A stretch of DNA of 64,000 nucleotides, taken from Takakia lepidozioides. Taxonomy: Eukaryota > Plantae > Bryophyta. Under the pieces are notes generated by a model. That model saw nothing but the letters and a program-made list of their open reading frames with translations, was not told where the DNA came from and ran no database searches. Location of the stretch: contig CM060731.1 in NCBI GenBank assembly GCA_030704615.1, positions 61,938,001 through 62,002,000 on the forward strand, in the 5' to 3' direction. Below, piece after piece: positions 39,656 through 53,097 of this stretch (the first letter of the stretch is position 1; the number at the start of each line of letters is the position of its first letter). The translations under genes and the position numbers were made by a program.

Positions 39656-40588
39656 GAAACGGAAAATAGCCGCAAGGCGAAGTGACTCTTAGTTAGCCAC
39701 TCTCTATGGACAAATACAAAAACTTAATCCGCAAAGAGCTTTATATGATTTTGTGGTCCCTTATGACTTTTGTTTATAATTCTCACCCATGAAACGGAAA
39801 GTAGCCGCAAGGCAAAGTGGCTCTTACTTAGCCACTCTGTAGACAAATACAAAAACTTAATCCGCAAAGAGCTTTATATGATTTTGTGGTCCCTTATGAC
39901 TTTTGTTTATAATTCTCACCCATGAAACGGAAAGTAGCCGCAAGGCAAAGTGGCTCTTACTTAGCCACTCTGTAGACAAATACAAAAACTTAATCCGCAA
40001 AGAGCTTTATATGATTTTGTGGTCCCTTATGACTTTTGTTTATAATTCTCACCCATGAAACGGAAAGTAGCCGCAAGGCAAAGTGGCTCTTACTTAGCCA
40101 CTCTGTAGACAAATACAAAAACTTAATCCGCAAAGAGCTTTATATGATTTTGTGGTCCCTTATGACTTTTGTTTATAATTCTCACCCATGAAACGGAAAG
40201 TAGCCGCAAGGCAAAGTGGCTCTTACTTAGCCACTCTGTAGACAAATACAAAAACTTAATCCGCAAAGAGCTTTATATGATTTTGTGGTCCCTTATGACT
40301 TTTGTTTATAATTCTCACCCATGAAACGGAAAGTAGCCGCAAGGCAAAGTGGCTCTTACTTAGCCACTCTGTAGACAAATACAAAAACTTAATCCGCAAA
40401 GAGCTTTATATGATTTTGTGGTCCCTTATGACTTTTGTTTATAATTCTCACCCATGAAACGGAAAGTAGCCGCAAGGCAAAGTGGCTCTTACTTAGCCAC
40501 TCTGTAGACAAATACAAAAACTTAATCCGCAAAGAGCTTTATTTGATTCTGTGGTCCCCTACTTCGTTTGTTTATAATTCTCACTTGT
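39656..40588. repeat. 133-bp tandem repeat array (7 units, central 5 apparently identical) with degenerate flanking copies
   Basis: Unit starts GAAACGGAAAGTAGCCGCAAGGC at 39656, 39791, 39924, 40057, 40190, 40323 and 40456; diverged partial copies at ~39520, ~40590-40660, ~40950, ~41565 and ~41655. Confidence 0.97.
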
Positions 40589-40717
40589 GAAACTGAAAGC
40601 AGCTGCTCTCCTTGGACGGGAAAAAAAACTTATTGGCAAAGATCTTTATCTGATTTTGTGGTCAACTACGACTTTTACTAGTATCTATGGGCCCGGCTGA
40701 GCTCTCTAGTATCCTTA

Positions 40718-40880
40718 TCCTTGTAGCCGCCATGGTAAGGGGCACATATCGCGTTGGATGTGGTTGTGGGTTCAAATCACGGTCTGGTGTGTCACGAAGG
40801 TGTCCACCTTTCAGGTGGAAGGCAGTAGCCCTTGTGGTGAAGAGACACCATAATTTACACTCCCTTGGGGAGGCGTATAT
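40718..40880 (+). mobile_element. tRNA-derived SINE (same family as 22700 and 43130)
   Basis: TAGCCGCCATGG A-box-like, GGGTTCAAATC B-box, shared 3' core; inverted copy at 43130-43292. Confidence 0.7.
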
Positions 40881-40992
40881 ATAGATATAGGGCCTTGTAG
40901 TTTTGTTTCCCTTCAACTTAAAATATATAACCAATAGGACCCACGCCCCAAAGGGAAAGTAACTGTAGTGCGAAGTGGCTCTTAGTCAGGTC

Positions 40993-41279
40993 CAGCGTTT
41001 TTTTTGCTGGCAAATTTTCGCCACATCTCCATCTCAGGAAACAAAATGAATATTCTGTGATAAATTCCCTGTTTTTTCTTGGATGAAATCGCCAAATTTC
41101 TCCAAATGGAAAATAAATTATGGATGAATTTTCCAAATATGGATGATATAAATGGATTTATGTACGGAAATGGATGATTCTGTCCTAATTTCAATGGATG
41201 AACAGAATGTATGGCGATGTTTTGCTAAACTCTGTAGCCACTCGTGCTTTTTTTCAAATTCCACCAAAAAAAAACACTG
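40993..41279. mobile_element. hAT-like MITE
   Basis: TIRs CAGCGTTTTTTTT...AAAAAAAAACACTG; perfect 8-bp TSD GTCAGGTC at 40985-40992 and 41280-41287. Confidence 0.9.
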
Positions 41280-43129
41280 GTCAGGTCTTCTCTCTTTATA
41301 TGAATGATAGCGTCATTTGCCCTAGGCACTACAAGAAGCTACATCGGATCGCATATGATTGAGGACTTTCGATTAAATTCCATGATCCGGTATTGATATT
41401 AAGGTGCGGAGATCAAGAAACTCAACGTTTTGTGGATGATAATGATTTAAAGACCAGAAAATTACAAAAACAAAACTCTACCACCGAAAGTAGATACAAG
41501 AGCAACCTATCCAACATATATATGTATGTATTCTAATCATATAGCCCACCCTCAAAATTCTGGAAGGAGTCGCAAGGCAAAGTTAGGTTCCCATTTCTCT
41601 TTCAACATACTACATATATAAGTTTTCTAATCGTACAGCCCACGACCCCAAAAAGAGGAAGTAGTTGCAAGGCAAAGTGGCTCTTAGTTACGCCGGTTGT
41701 AGGCAGAGTCTTCTCTATGAGTAGAAGACTCTGATTTTTCTCAATGACAGAAAGAGAAGAGGCTTTTCTTACCAAAAAAAAAATGCATACGCGCGGCGAT
41801 CGTGCTTCATTCGGTACAACTGTGCCCACCGTCACCACAAAAGTCCGCCGGTCCCATCCAAAAGAACAATCAAAATCGACAAAAAATTGACATGAGATGC
41901 AATTTTAAGCCAAAAATCCCTTGTGTCGGTGTGCACATGTTACACGGGCCTCTGGACGTGTTGTAGAGGGCCAGCCACGGCGCTTCTTTCCTATCTAACA
42001 ATTTCACTGCTACTAGGCTCTACTAGGCTAAAGCCCAAAGGTGCCTCAATCCAGCTCAGACCAGATCGCAGTCGTCCATCCATATCCATGGCTCATCAAA
42101 CTGAAGATTCCTGAAGTGATGCGAGGAGTCAATCAGGCCGAGCAGCTCAGGTATCACTGCTTTGGACCACAGTCACGAGAGAGCATCCTCGTAACGTAAT
42201 ACAGTTGAGGCAAGCAGCACTTCAATGCTTCCGTCTTCCCATCTAAGTTATCTAATAAGTATTCCGCATCACCTTCCCGAAAATCCCTCCCGTACCAGGT
42301 GCCAAGACTAGTTTGATCGCACCTACCTACCCACATGCATTCACTGAAGTCCTCCATCACATTTTATTGCAACCTTGTCCAGAGTCCAGAGCACCAAGAT
42401 CTGCCATCCAGTCACTGAACCTGCTTCTGCGAATTCACAATTTTCACGGCCGTTACACCTGCAGCACATTCATGGCCAGCCAAGAGGGTGGCGCACCGAC
42501 ACCACATCGCACCCCGCACACGCTCTGCACTGCCTGCACATCTCTCGCAGACCGCGCAGCTGCAATCTCGCGCACCCAATCTGCGCACCCATGCCCCGCC
42601 TACTTTTGGCGTATCATACAAGCACTGCCGTCAATCACTCGCCGGAGATCTCTCCGGCATTGCCTCGCAATTACCCGAATATTGACAGTTAATTTCTATT
42701 TTTACCAAAAACAATTTAAGATTGTCGAATGAATATGTATTTTCCGAAACAATACCCGTATATTGGGTGTATTTGGAATGACTGCGCGGTTGCGTGGTAC
42801 GAAGAACAACCCCGACTGCGACAGCACAGCGGCAGGCGGCAACTGCAGCGGGCCCGCCACCTGGGATTACCCCGTTCACACTACACGCTGGAGAGGAAAG
42901 GCTCTATAAGTTCGGCGGTTTCGCTCGTATGATTGGGGGCTCGTATATGTTATGTACTGACGATATCTTTTCTGCTCATTGTTGTCCTTTCTGACATTTT
43001 TCATCCATGCGGATAGACGCTTTCTAGCCCCGCCTTGGTGTACTAGGTTTCATCGAGTATCACATTCATCCATCCTCATACTTTAGTTCTCAGAAGAAAA
43101 AAAAACAAAATCTCATAAAGAAAAAAAGT

Positions 43130-43292
43130 ATGACGCCCTCCCCAAGGAAGCATAACTTATGGAATCACTTCATCCCAAGGGCTACTGCCTTCCGCTGGGA
43201 AGGTGGACACCTTCATGACACATCAGACCATGGTTTGAACCCACAACCACATCCAACGTGGTATGTGCCCACTACCACTGGGCTACATGCTG
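43130..43292 (-). mobile_element. tRNA-derived SINE (same family)
   Basis: Minus strand has A-box TAGCCCAGTGG and B-box GGGTTCAAACC; aligns to 40718-40880. Confidence 0.7.
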
Positions 43293-44079
43293 GTTGTCGT
43301 AATAGTAACGACCTACCCTTCTCCAACCCACCAACTACGGCTTCCCGTTGCTCCGCACTACTAGCGAGGACTTCTAAGAACTGCGTTCAATTTTCACAAA
43401 AAGGGTTGGGTCATCCCCATGGTGTTCCATACATACACCCCATATATTCATTGTTTTTCGGAAGAAGAACTGAGGAGTGTTGCCGATGCTATCATTTTAT
43501 TTTAATTTTTCAAAGAAAAGAGGGCCGAAATTCTGCTGGTCCCTCCCCTTCAGCATCCCTAGAGTTTGATAAAGATTGCCACTAAGACTAAGTTGCACCA
43601 TAGGTAGACACCTAAGACTTTCAAAAAACAAAAATGGAAAAAAAAGAAAAAAACAGGAAGCTACTTCTCACATATCAGGCCCTTCATTATAGTGAGGGGA
43701 AAATAAACCTCTTTGATAGATAAAGGTAAATTTTCCTTAATGTCCAATGAATCTACAGAGCCTACTGCTCAACACAGCCCATGGAGAGGCCAATGGTCGG
43801 TTTGAAGGCACATGTTGAAGGATTGAACCCACGATCACTACCAGAGCACAAGGCTCAAGGGACCCGAGGGGTTGGGGAGAAGATCATACCACACCCCCAC
43901 AAGGTTGATTTTTCTTTATATATATATGGCAACTCGTATTAAATCAAGGGACATAACCTTGGGAGAACTTTAAGGCCTTACCAGAAGGTGGGTAACATAG
44001 CCCGGGGAAAGATTTTTTTTAGTCCTGTAGGTGAAACAGCTGTCTGGAGTGTTTTCTGGCTGTTGTATTTACCCTGGGT

Positions 44080-47000
44080 TTACCAGTAGTCCCCACAAGA
44101 ACACACCCCATTGTTGAAGTGATGAAGGCAGATGGCATCCCTTGCAATGATTTCTCGTGCAACAATTTTGGATATCAACTTGGTGGCAGTGTGGCCAGTC
44201 CCTACATTCGCGTAGGTTTTTAATGATGCGGATAGGGTCCCAGGGGGTGTGCTAATGAGCCCAAAAGCAATGGCCTCCTTAATCTGCCAAGTCAATCTAG
44301 CATAGACCTCCTCTGCTCGTGGGTGAGATCTATCTCCAACGGCAAATGTATACACCCTGTTTTCCACCTCAATCCAAGTGTGGCCTGGTTCCTTTTTCAC
44401 CTCTGGCGTCCATTGCTTTTCTCACTGTTGCTACATCAGCCCACCTACCAGCTGCAGCATAGATGTTTGAAAGCAGCACATACACTGCAGCATCTTGTGA
44501 TTCCACCTTGAAAATACATCACTCTGCTAACTCACACTTCCATAAGATTCTGTAGGCACCAAGCAAGCCCCCCCCCCCCACACTGAAGCACCTGGTTTGA
44601 GTGCCATGTTGGCAATGAAATCTTCTGCCTCATCCAAGCGCCCTGCATGGCCAAGGAGGTCAACCATGCAGGTGCAGTGCTTTTCTGTTGGTGTAATGCC
44701 ATGCTCTTGACACATGGATTGAAAATAATGACCACCTTCATCTACAAGGCCCAAATGGCTGCATGCAGAGAGAACACCAATAAATGTGCCCTCATTTGGC
44801 TTCACACCTTTCAATTGCATCAGTTCAAACAGTTGGAGAGCCTCGTGACCACGCCCATGCTGAGCATATCCTATAATCATCGCAGTCCATGAGACCACAT
44901 CTGGTTTAAGAATTTTGTCGAACACCTCCCATGCATCTACACTCCCACATTTGGTATACATATCAATGAGGGCACTCCTGACATAGACATCTGACTCACA
45001 CCCAGATCTGATAATGTAGGCATGGACCCACTTGCCCTGTTCCAGGGATGCTTCACACCCTCTCTTTGCATTTGTCGAAAGAGTTTGAAAGCCTCCTCAC
45101 CATGACCACTCTGTGTACATCCTCCAATCATCGCAGTCCAGGAGACCACATCTTGCTTAGGCATTCTGTCAAACACATTGAGTGCATCCCTCACACTCAT
45201 GCACTTGCAATACATACTGACAAGGGCATTCCCGAGACCAACATCTGACTCAAATTCAGCTTTGACGATGCTGGCATGGAGCTGCTTGCCCCGTTCGAAA
45301 GCCTCCAGGCCAGCACAAGCGTTGAGGACACTAATAAAGGTGACAATATCTACCTTCATGCCTTCTCTTTGCATGCGCTGAAAGAGTTTAAAAGCCTCCT
45401 CACCATGACCATGCTGAGCAGATCCTGCAATCATAGCAGTCTCGCTTGGGCATTGTGTCAAATACTCAGGTGGCATCCGTCAAACTCTCACACCTGTAAT
45501 ACATGCTGACAAGGGTAGTCCCCACATGGACATCCCCCTCAAGTCCAGCCTCAATGCACGCACATTTTGTATAGAAGTCCACCAGGGCAGTGTTGAGGAT
45601 GACATCTGGTACAATTCCAGCTTTGACGATGTCACCATGGACCTCTTTCCCATTTTCCAGAGCTCCCAGGCTTGCACACGCATTGCAAACAAAAACAAAC
45701 GTTATGTGGTTGGGCTTCACCCCTTCACACATCATTTGCTCATAGGTCTCCAAAGCCTCCATCCCGTGCATACATGTCCACCAGGGCAGTGTTCAAGATG
45801 ACATCTGGTACAATTCCAGCTGTGACGATGTCACCATGGACCTCTTTCCCCTTTTCCAGAGCTCCCAGGCTTGCGCGCGCATTGCAAACAAAAACAAATG
45901 TTATGGGGTTGGGCTTCACCCCTTCCCACATCATTTGCTCATAGGTCTCCAAAGCCTCCATCCCGTGCATACAATTCCAGCTTTGACGATGTCACCATGG
46001 ACCTCTTTCCCCTTTTCCAGAGCTCGCAGGCTTGCACACGCATTGCAAGCAAAAACAAATGTTATGTGGTTGGGCTTCACCCTTTCGCACATCATTTGCT
46101 CATAGGTCTCCAAAGCCTCCATCCCGCACCCTTGCTGTGCATAGCCTGCAATCATCGCACTCCACGACACCACATCTCGTTCAGCCATACTTTCGAGCAC
46201 TCCCTTTGGATCCTCGATGCACGCACATTTGACATACATTTCCACCAGGGCAGTGTTCAGAATCACATCTGGTAATCTGACAGGCATTCACTTTTTGCTT
46301 TGGTTGCCCCACCATTGACTGGGGTCAGAGAAGTATTCATTCCACAGCTTCTCCTCATCTCTGTTACCTGTTTTTGGATAATTCCTGTTGTCACATTGGC
46401 AGTATCCTGTCAAAGTCACTGCAAACTAGATTCACTCAACCAGCTAACTCGCAGAATTCAACATGGAAATTTAGGGCCGATTCTGATGAGGGAAAAACAG
46501 GGCGAAATGTGTTGAAGTAGGTGCCTTCATTAGCAGTGCCTTCATGAAGCCTTAACCCCATGGGAACTCTGGAAATCTTCATATTTGAAAAATGGGGCAC
46601 ATTAGATGTGTTATTATTTTCACTAGAATGCAGAGCCTCAGGGCACCTGACTATCAGTGGGAACAGTCGCTACAAAACTACTAAGTTAATGCCCGCAGCA
46701 GTTGAACACCATACAAATTGAGCAACTTAGGATAATGTGAGTGTGCACCTGCTTTCCAGCTTCCAGACTTCCATCTTGATGCACTTAAGCAAGAGACAGA
46801 CATACGCATCTCAATCTGCTGAAATGCCTCCTTGGGTTTAAAGTCTGTAGAGCCTCTGTCAGTCTGCCTGCTGGCTATTGTCCAGAATCACATCTGGTAC
46901 AATTCCAGCTTTGGCGATGCAACCATGCACCTCTTTGCCTTTTTCCACGGCTGCCACCTGCTTGCACACGCACTGCAAACGCACACAAACGTGATGTGGT

Positions 47001-47883
47001 CGGGCTTCACCCCTTCCCCCATCATTTGCTCAGAGGTCTCCAAAGCCTCCATCTCGCGCCTCTGATGTGCATACCCTGCAAGCATCGTGTTCCACGACAC
47101 CATATCTCGTTCAGCCATAGTGTTGAACACTCCTTTCGCATCCTCAATGCTCCCACATTTGGCATACATGTCTACCAGAGCAGTGTTCAGTGTTCCCTGC
47201 TACTTCAGCTCCCGCGCCCTTGCTGTGCATATCCTCCAATCATCGCACTCCACGACACCATATCTCGTTCAGCCACACTGTCGAACACTCCCTTCAGACA
47301 TGTCCACGAGGGTATAGTTCAGAATGACATTTGGTACAATTGCAGCTCTGACAATGTCGCCATGGACCTCTTTGCCCTTTTCCAGAGCTGCCAAGCTTGC
47401 ATACGAATTTGCAAATGCACACAAACGTGATGTGGTTGGGCTTCACCCCTTCGCGCAGCATTTGCTCATAGGTCTCCAAAGCATTAATCCTACCACACCC
47501 ATGCTTGGTAAATCCTGCCAACATTATATTCCACGTGATCAAAGATCGTTGAGGCATTCTGTCAACACTTGGTGAGCATCCATGATGCTCCCGCAGTTAA
47601 CATACATGTTGACAAGGGTGTTGAGTAGAAAAACATTTGGAGTGAATCCACTTTGGATAATGTGAGTGTGCACCTGCTTTCCAGCTTCCAGACCTTCCAT
47701 CTTGATGCACTTAAGCAAGAGACAGACATACGTATCTGAATCTGCCGAAATGCCTCCTTGCTTTAGAGTCTGTAGAGCCTCTGTCAGTCTGCCTGCCACA
47801 CAAAGTACCTTCACATGCCCAGAAGTGCCAGAAGAGGCATTGTGGACTCCCTCTCTTGATCCTCTTTCAGAAGCTGTGGTCAT
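44080..47883 (-). pseudogene. Scrambled PLS-PPR-E-DYW pseudogene(s)
   Basis: N-terminus MTTASERG...HVKVLCVAGRL (paralogous to the 27822 gene), P/L/S fragments with frameshifts and internal triplication (45560-46130), P2-L2-S2-E region, and a DYW tail CSCGDYW lacking HSEKL and CxxC. Confidence 0.9.
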
Positions 47884-47936
47884 GGTTTAGGTGCCTGATT
47901 CTATGAACTGTGCCGCTGCAGCTGCTGCCTTTAGTT

Positions 47937-48567
47937 GACCATCTACCCATGCAGGTTTATTGTAGCTATTGATCCACATGGAATCATAGGTCATCTGGAG
48001 CTTGAAGTCCGTCCCTCTTGGATGAATCTGTCCACCCACACACTATCCCTGCTCCTTCAGCTATCCATGCCTCTGCACAAATCATACATACATCCTTGCC
48101 TTGCTGCTATCAGCTGACAATGACAGCCTAGATCTGTTCTAGGAAACACCCAACTCAACTTATCACACTAGTTCCTATGCTCAATTGCATCTGCTACTCT
48201 CTCCAACAAACATTCACCTTTTCGATTGTCCCACCATTGACTGGGGTCAGAAAAGTATTCATTCCACAGCTTCTCCTCGTCTCTGTTATCTGTTTCTGGA
48301 TACTTCCCTGTTGTCACATTGGCAGTATCATGTCAAAGTCACTCCAAACTATCAAAGGTTCACTCAACCAGCTAACTTGCAGAATTCAACATGAAAATTT
48401 AGGGCCGATTCTGATGAGAGGGAAAACAGGGTGAAATGTGTTGAAGGTGCCTTCATTAGCAGCGCCTGAATTTATCAATTGTGCCGCTGCTGCTGTGGCT
48501 TCCAGTTGACCATCTACCCATGCAGGTTTCTTGTACCTATCCTTCCACAGGGAATCATAGGTAATCT
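47937..48567 (-). repeat. PPR 5'-flank/leader sequence, copied in pieces at 46309-46539, 60306-60770, 60806-61137 and 61702-62025
   Basis: CCACCATTGACTGGGGTCAG...CATTAGCAG(T/C)GCC block occurs four times; ATCTACCCATGC...GCATCT(G/A)CTACTCT block occurs two to three times. Confidence 0.85.
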
Positions 48568-49081
48568 GCCGTCATATACCCATCACAGGTCCAATCCAAA
48601 CAGCAGCCCTAACAGCCACTTTTGGCAAGACCAGACATTTCAAAGACTGCCCTACATAATAAGCTTACACATATACCACTTTTAGCAGCTCAATGAGAAT
48701 CCTGTCAGCTTTGGAAGAACACAGAAGAAAAAGGAGCGAGAATAACCTCGGCAGGGGTCTGCTCAGCGCGAAGGCGTCTGCCATCGAAAAGGAAGGCAAT
48801 AGAGCTGGGATCAACTGACCGACGGTCGCAGTATGCATGCATCAGCTTTCGAAGTGTGGCTGTGGTCTTAATCCTGAAAAAAACCTCCCCGCCATCCTAC
48901 ACATTGCAGCATCTCCGGCCATCCGTTACTAGACCCATACAAATTCTCCTTCACGACACCTTCTTCTCCAACCACCCGAAATTACCACAATTCTCGCAGC
49001 TTTCTTCACGAGGAGAATCTACTGAGAGTCCCTGGCATTTGATGTAACCAAATATATTTGTGAACCACATAAGAGGTGTAC

Positions 49082-49527
49082 CTGCGGACCCAGCCATTGT
49101 GGGGAAGTACGCAGCGCATAACGATCTTGCTTGGGTTTCTTCAACGGGTCAGTCTCGTGCAATGCAGCAGCTGCCTTCATGTAAGAGCTTCCATCAAGAA
49201 TCCACTCCATGATGACTGCTGCCTCCATCTGACCTGGGTGGTGCTTCAGCTTGTGAGTTAATGGATCAGCAAACTCTGGCTTTCCTTGCATCACCTCGCA
49301 AAAGAGGGCTGAGAGAACCTCAGCAAGTAGGGCTAACACATTTCCATCATAACAGACCGTTGATGCCAAGCCTGACCCCACTGCCGTCCCATTAACAAGG
49401 GTGAGGCCCTCTTTTGGCTGCAGCTCAAAGGGCTTCTCAACTCCGGCGAGCTTGAGAGCTTGTACAGCTGAAATCTCCTCTCCGTCCTCAGTGACAGCTC
49501 TGGAGTTGGGCCTGGCAATTAGAAGCC
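49082..49527 (-). pseudogene. PAL: Isolated phenylalanine ammonia-lyase exon
   Basis: LLIARPNS...[23 protein letters not shown]...[27 protein letters not shown]...[19 protein letters not shown] followed by a GT donor; no other PAL exons (including the ASG/MIO exon) seen in the window. Confidence 0.9.
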
Positions 49528-49788
49528 TTGCATTTGACAAAAATGGGAAACAACCCATACAAAAATGCCACGGGCTTCCATACCTGACCCTTCGCTTTCA
49601 GATTAATGTGACCTCCCCCCTCCAAAAGGCTTCTTCTCCTCCCCGTTGTGAATTTCTCCTGCATTGTTGGTGCTATCCTCCACACCAGCCATGATTCCAG
49701 CAACCACACCTAGCGCACAAAGGCAGACGCGCACAGAGACAGCGAGCGAGAAAGAAGCGGCGGCAGCGCGCAGGGACAAGCTGGGTGA

Positions 49789-49931
49789 TTTCGGGCATTT
49801 CGGGCAGGGTCCAAAGAATTTGACGACGTACGAAACGTGGCGACGAAACGTGGCGACGATGATGTGGCACTAGGGCACCCTATTCACGCTCCACGCTAAA
49901 CTAGCTCTCGACCTTCGGTCGTCGCTAGAAT
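49789..49931 (+). repeat. Direct repeat ending in a TTCG-loop hairpin plus CTAG (possible Helitron-type terminus), copy 1
   Basis: Matches 53881-54024; contains CGACCTTCGGTCG hairpin then GCTAG; two ACGTGGC motifs. Confidence 0.6.
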
Positions 49932-50099
49932 AATGTTTTGCAAGGCTTCAGTCCTTGTTTTCATGAAATGGTTCCAGGCCATAGGCCAAGCAAAGGGAAT
50001 AAAATAAGGAATAATGTAAGAACTTAATGCACACAGGGGAGTGGAGTTGCATGGACCCTTTTTCGCTTACTCTTTGTGAGGCCGGGTTACTCCTTGCTA

Positions 50100-50734
50100 A
50101 ACCCGGCAAGCTGTCATTCCAGCTTAAATGGAATTTTGACTCAAGCTGACTTGGACAAAGTGTGGAAAGATGTTTGGAGGAAACTCTGGTTTCTTATGGA
50201 AACTAATACATAGAATACTGCCAGTCAACTCTGCGACGCTGAGCGACAATGCTATGTGTAGTTTGTGTCAAGCTGCACCCGAGACCATAGAGCATTGCAT
50301 GGCTGAATGTGATCTGGCTGCCAGAGTCAGGCATCAGGTTTTGGGGTTCTACTCTAACTGGAACTCTTTTCCTTCTCCCCCTCCCACCTCCTTGCTACTT
50401 CTGAATTTGCTTCCTCATCACATATTATGCTCGTCCAGTGTGGGCTTGCCTTAGGGCTTATACTATGTGGAACTTGTGGAAGGCTAGATGTGCTTGGTTT
50501 TATGAGGGGAAACCACCCAAGGCCAGGTCAATTCTGTTCAACATCTATCATGACCTGCTTACTGAGGGGAGGAAAGCTTGGGGCACTGTGTGTGCAGCTG
50601 TTTTCGAAGCTCCACGACAACACGGGAAGAAGCTCCTCCAAGATTTTCAACACTCATGGGGCAAAAACGACTTACTCAGCACCTGTCTTCCCATCATGCA
50701 CTTTGCTTGGCAAAACACCATCCCTACTGCTTAG
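50100..50734 (+). mobile_element. L1-like LINE ORF2 3' fragment (zf-RVT region)
   Basis: FLWKLIHRILPV...CSLCQAAPETIEHCMAEC...WNLWKARC, with frameshifts. Confidence 0.8.
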
Positions 50735-53097
50735 AAAGTCTCATAGGGAGGGGCAGGATGGTGACTTCAACTGGCTTCACAACAACAAGCTGCAATCTCG
50801 AAACCTCTGACATCAATTTCTTGTAAACACGTGAACTAAATTTTGAGAGGAGCTTTACATAATCTTAAGGTATTACACAAGAGAAAACAATACTGTGTCT
50901 GAATGCTTAATAAGCTCATTAAAGTGCTCTATTGTCCACATTCCAGCATAATATAGGTATGTGGTCAATTGGGGCACTTTGGCACTTCCTCACTTCAAAT
51001 GTAAACGCCAGCATCACAATCTCTCAGAAAATAAAAATGCTCTCACAATTCCAGGGATGTGCTCAAAGAAATGAAATGAAAGTCTGTGACCAGATCCTAT
51101 GGAAGTTGGGCATGCCATGCCCTGACAGTGGCCAAGCTTCTGAGTTGATCAATGTTTCGCCAAAGAATAAAAAGATGGAGCACAAAATCTGAGATCATGC
51201 ACTTGAGAGGAGCCATTATCTCCTGAATCTGTGTAAACAGTTTCCAACTTTGCCATGAACATGTCATCATAAGCTCGTCTACTGCCCCAAGCAAACCAAA
51301 TCTAATGAGAATCATTACGAGGAAAACAAGGAGCAGAAATGAGAATCATTCAGACACTTCATCATTACGAGGAAAACAAGGAGTGCTCCAACTCAACACC
51401 TAAGGTTACTGCCTTCATTACTGTAACTGATTTGTACTAGTTGCTGTCCCCAATTTACAAATGTTGGCCTGCACTGATGAGAGTGAAGCAGATTTAAAGC
51501 ATGCACTTGCTAAGAGGACGGTGTCAAATAGATGTGGGTGCATAAGAAGGATACCTGAACGTGAGAGGGCCACCATACATGTCCACCACTTTTGGCTGCC
51601 CATGTTCATCCCGAGCTCCCGCATGCTGCAAGTCCATGAAAGGACAGAAATTGATCAAACAAAAGCCCAATTGCAACCTGGAGATCCTTATGCCTGATAA
51701 GCTAACCAGACTACGAACTGTGCTCAAGAAAGTTTTACAGCTTCCTCTGTACCAATTAGGCCCTGAATATGTAACCACAGAGCAAAATGATTGTGCAGAG
51801 GGCACATATCAGGTAGTGTCGGGGAGATGTCTCCCCAGCCATTGATGTGTATGAATCATGCTTGGCAGAGATCCTGGAGCATGCCAACCAAGTTGGGTTT
51901 GAATGCGCCAATGACAACCCTCTGGACCCAGGGTAAAACTACTCTCCTCCCTCCAGTTTATTGTCATGTGGTCCTATCACACTAAAGCTCAGATAATCCA
52001 ACCTGTACTGCTGCTTCTGCTGTGGAAGCAGGAGTGATTCAACTGAAAGATCTCTGCTTAAGATGCTGTAATCATCAAGTCCATGGAGAGCAGGGTAACG
52101 AAACACACTGGCCCTACTACTATTGACAATCAATGGTCTGTACAAAGCCCAAATGTCTCATCACAATCTTTGCCACCGCCACTGTACGGAATCCAGTGCC
52201 TTACTATGTCCAGAGTGATAGAAGAGGAAGCTTACGGAAGATCCATTAATAATACGCTGTATGATGGCAGCATGTCTGACAGACTTACAGGATCCCCCAG
52301 CAGAACAGAGGCAGTCGATATTCGGGGTTGATGTGGCGTATTGCAGCATCCAGGAGAGGAACACACAAGCTAGCACCAAACAAACAGTTTCAAGGGACAA
52401 CAAACAGTTTTAAACAAAGAATTAGAGTCACATGGGCTCAGGTAATATCTCTGGCTCTTGTTATGTGGAGAAAAGTGCGCATAGTTCATATCAATGACAA
52501 ATTGATTGACACCCACAATGCTTGGCCATTCATAGATACAACCTGCAAGCTAACCTATGATTTGGAAGGCCATCTTGGTTACTTTGGCAACATACATAAA
52601 CCTGACAGAGTGTTCAGTAATCACCAAAAATGTATGCTACCCGGCAAACAAGACATTGCAATGCACACATGTGACGGTAATCCGAGTCCTTGATACAACA
52701 GGGCAAACCTCATTATATGTGAACTCAGGATCTTCGAATTAGGACGATTTTGATGACCCAGTAATGGTAAAAAGTTGCCAAGAAGGGACAACAATCCTGC
52801 ACACGCAGCAAGATTTTACTAAATCAGAGGAACAACACCAGCTCAGTCATGATCTATATATATTGTTTGCTCATGCCCAACCTGCCTTTGAACGCATGGA
52901 GATGTACGGCAGAGCTCTTGATCACTGTCACGATGGGCTTTTTTCGAGTACGCTCTCTGACTCTGTGTGTCACTTTTTCTCAAGCCTCCTTTGGACATGA
53001 TAAAGCCAAGGTCCGCAGTTCTTCTCTCTTGTGCCACGAGCTGCTTGTCACTTAACTTTGGGCCTACCATGGAGTCAAATTCTTCCAGACTGGTGTT

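Noticed and set aside
39656-40588. Hammerhead ribozyme / retrozyme interpretation of the 133-bp unit (stem, GAA/AAA, stem, TC)
   Set aside because: The CUGANGA core is absent on both strands and the GAAA box is incomplete; the resemblance is only topological
41327-41337. CACTACAAGAA, matching the En/Spm TIR start
   Set aside because: No partner TIR, TSD or subterminal repeats were found; it may be chance
43810-43880. Possible additional SINE (B-box GGGTTCAATCC on the minus strand)
   Set aside because: No convincing A-box, tail or second copy in the window
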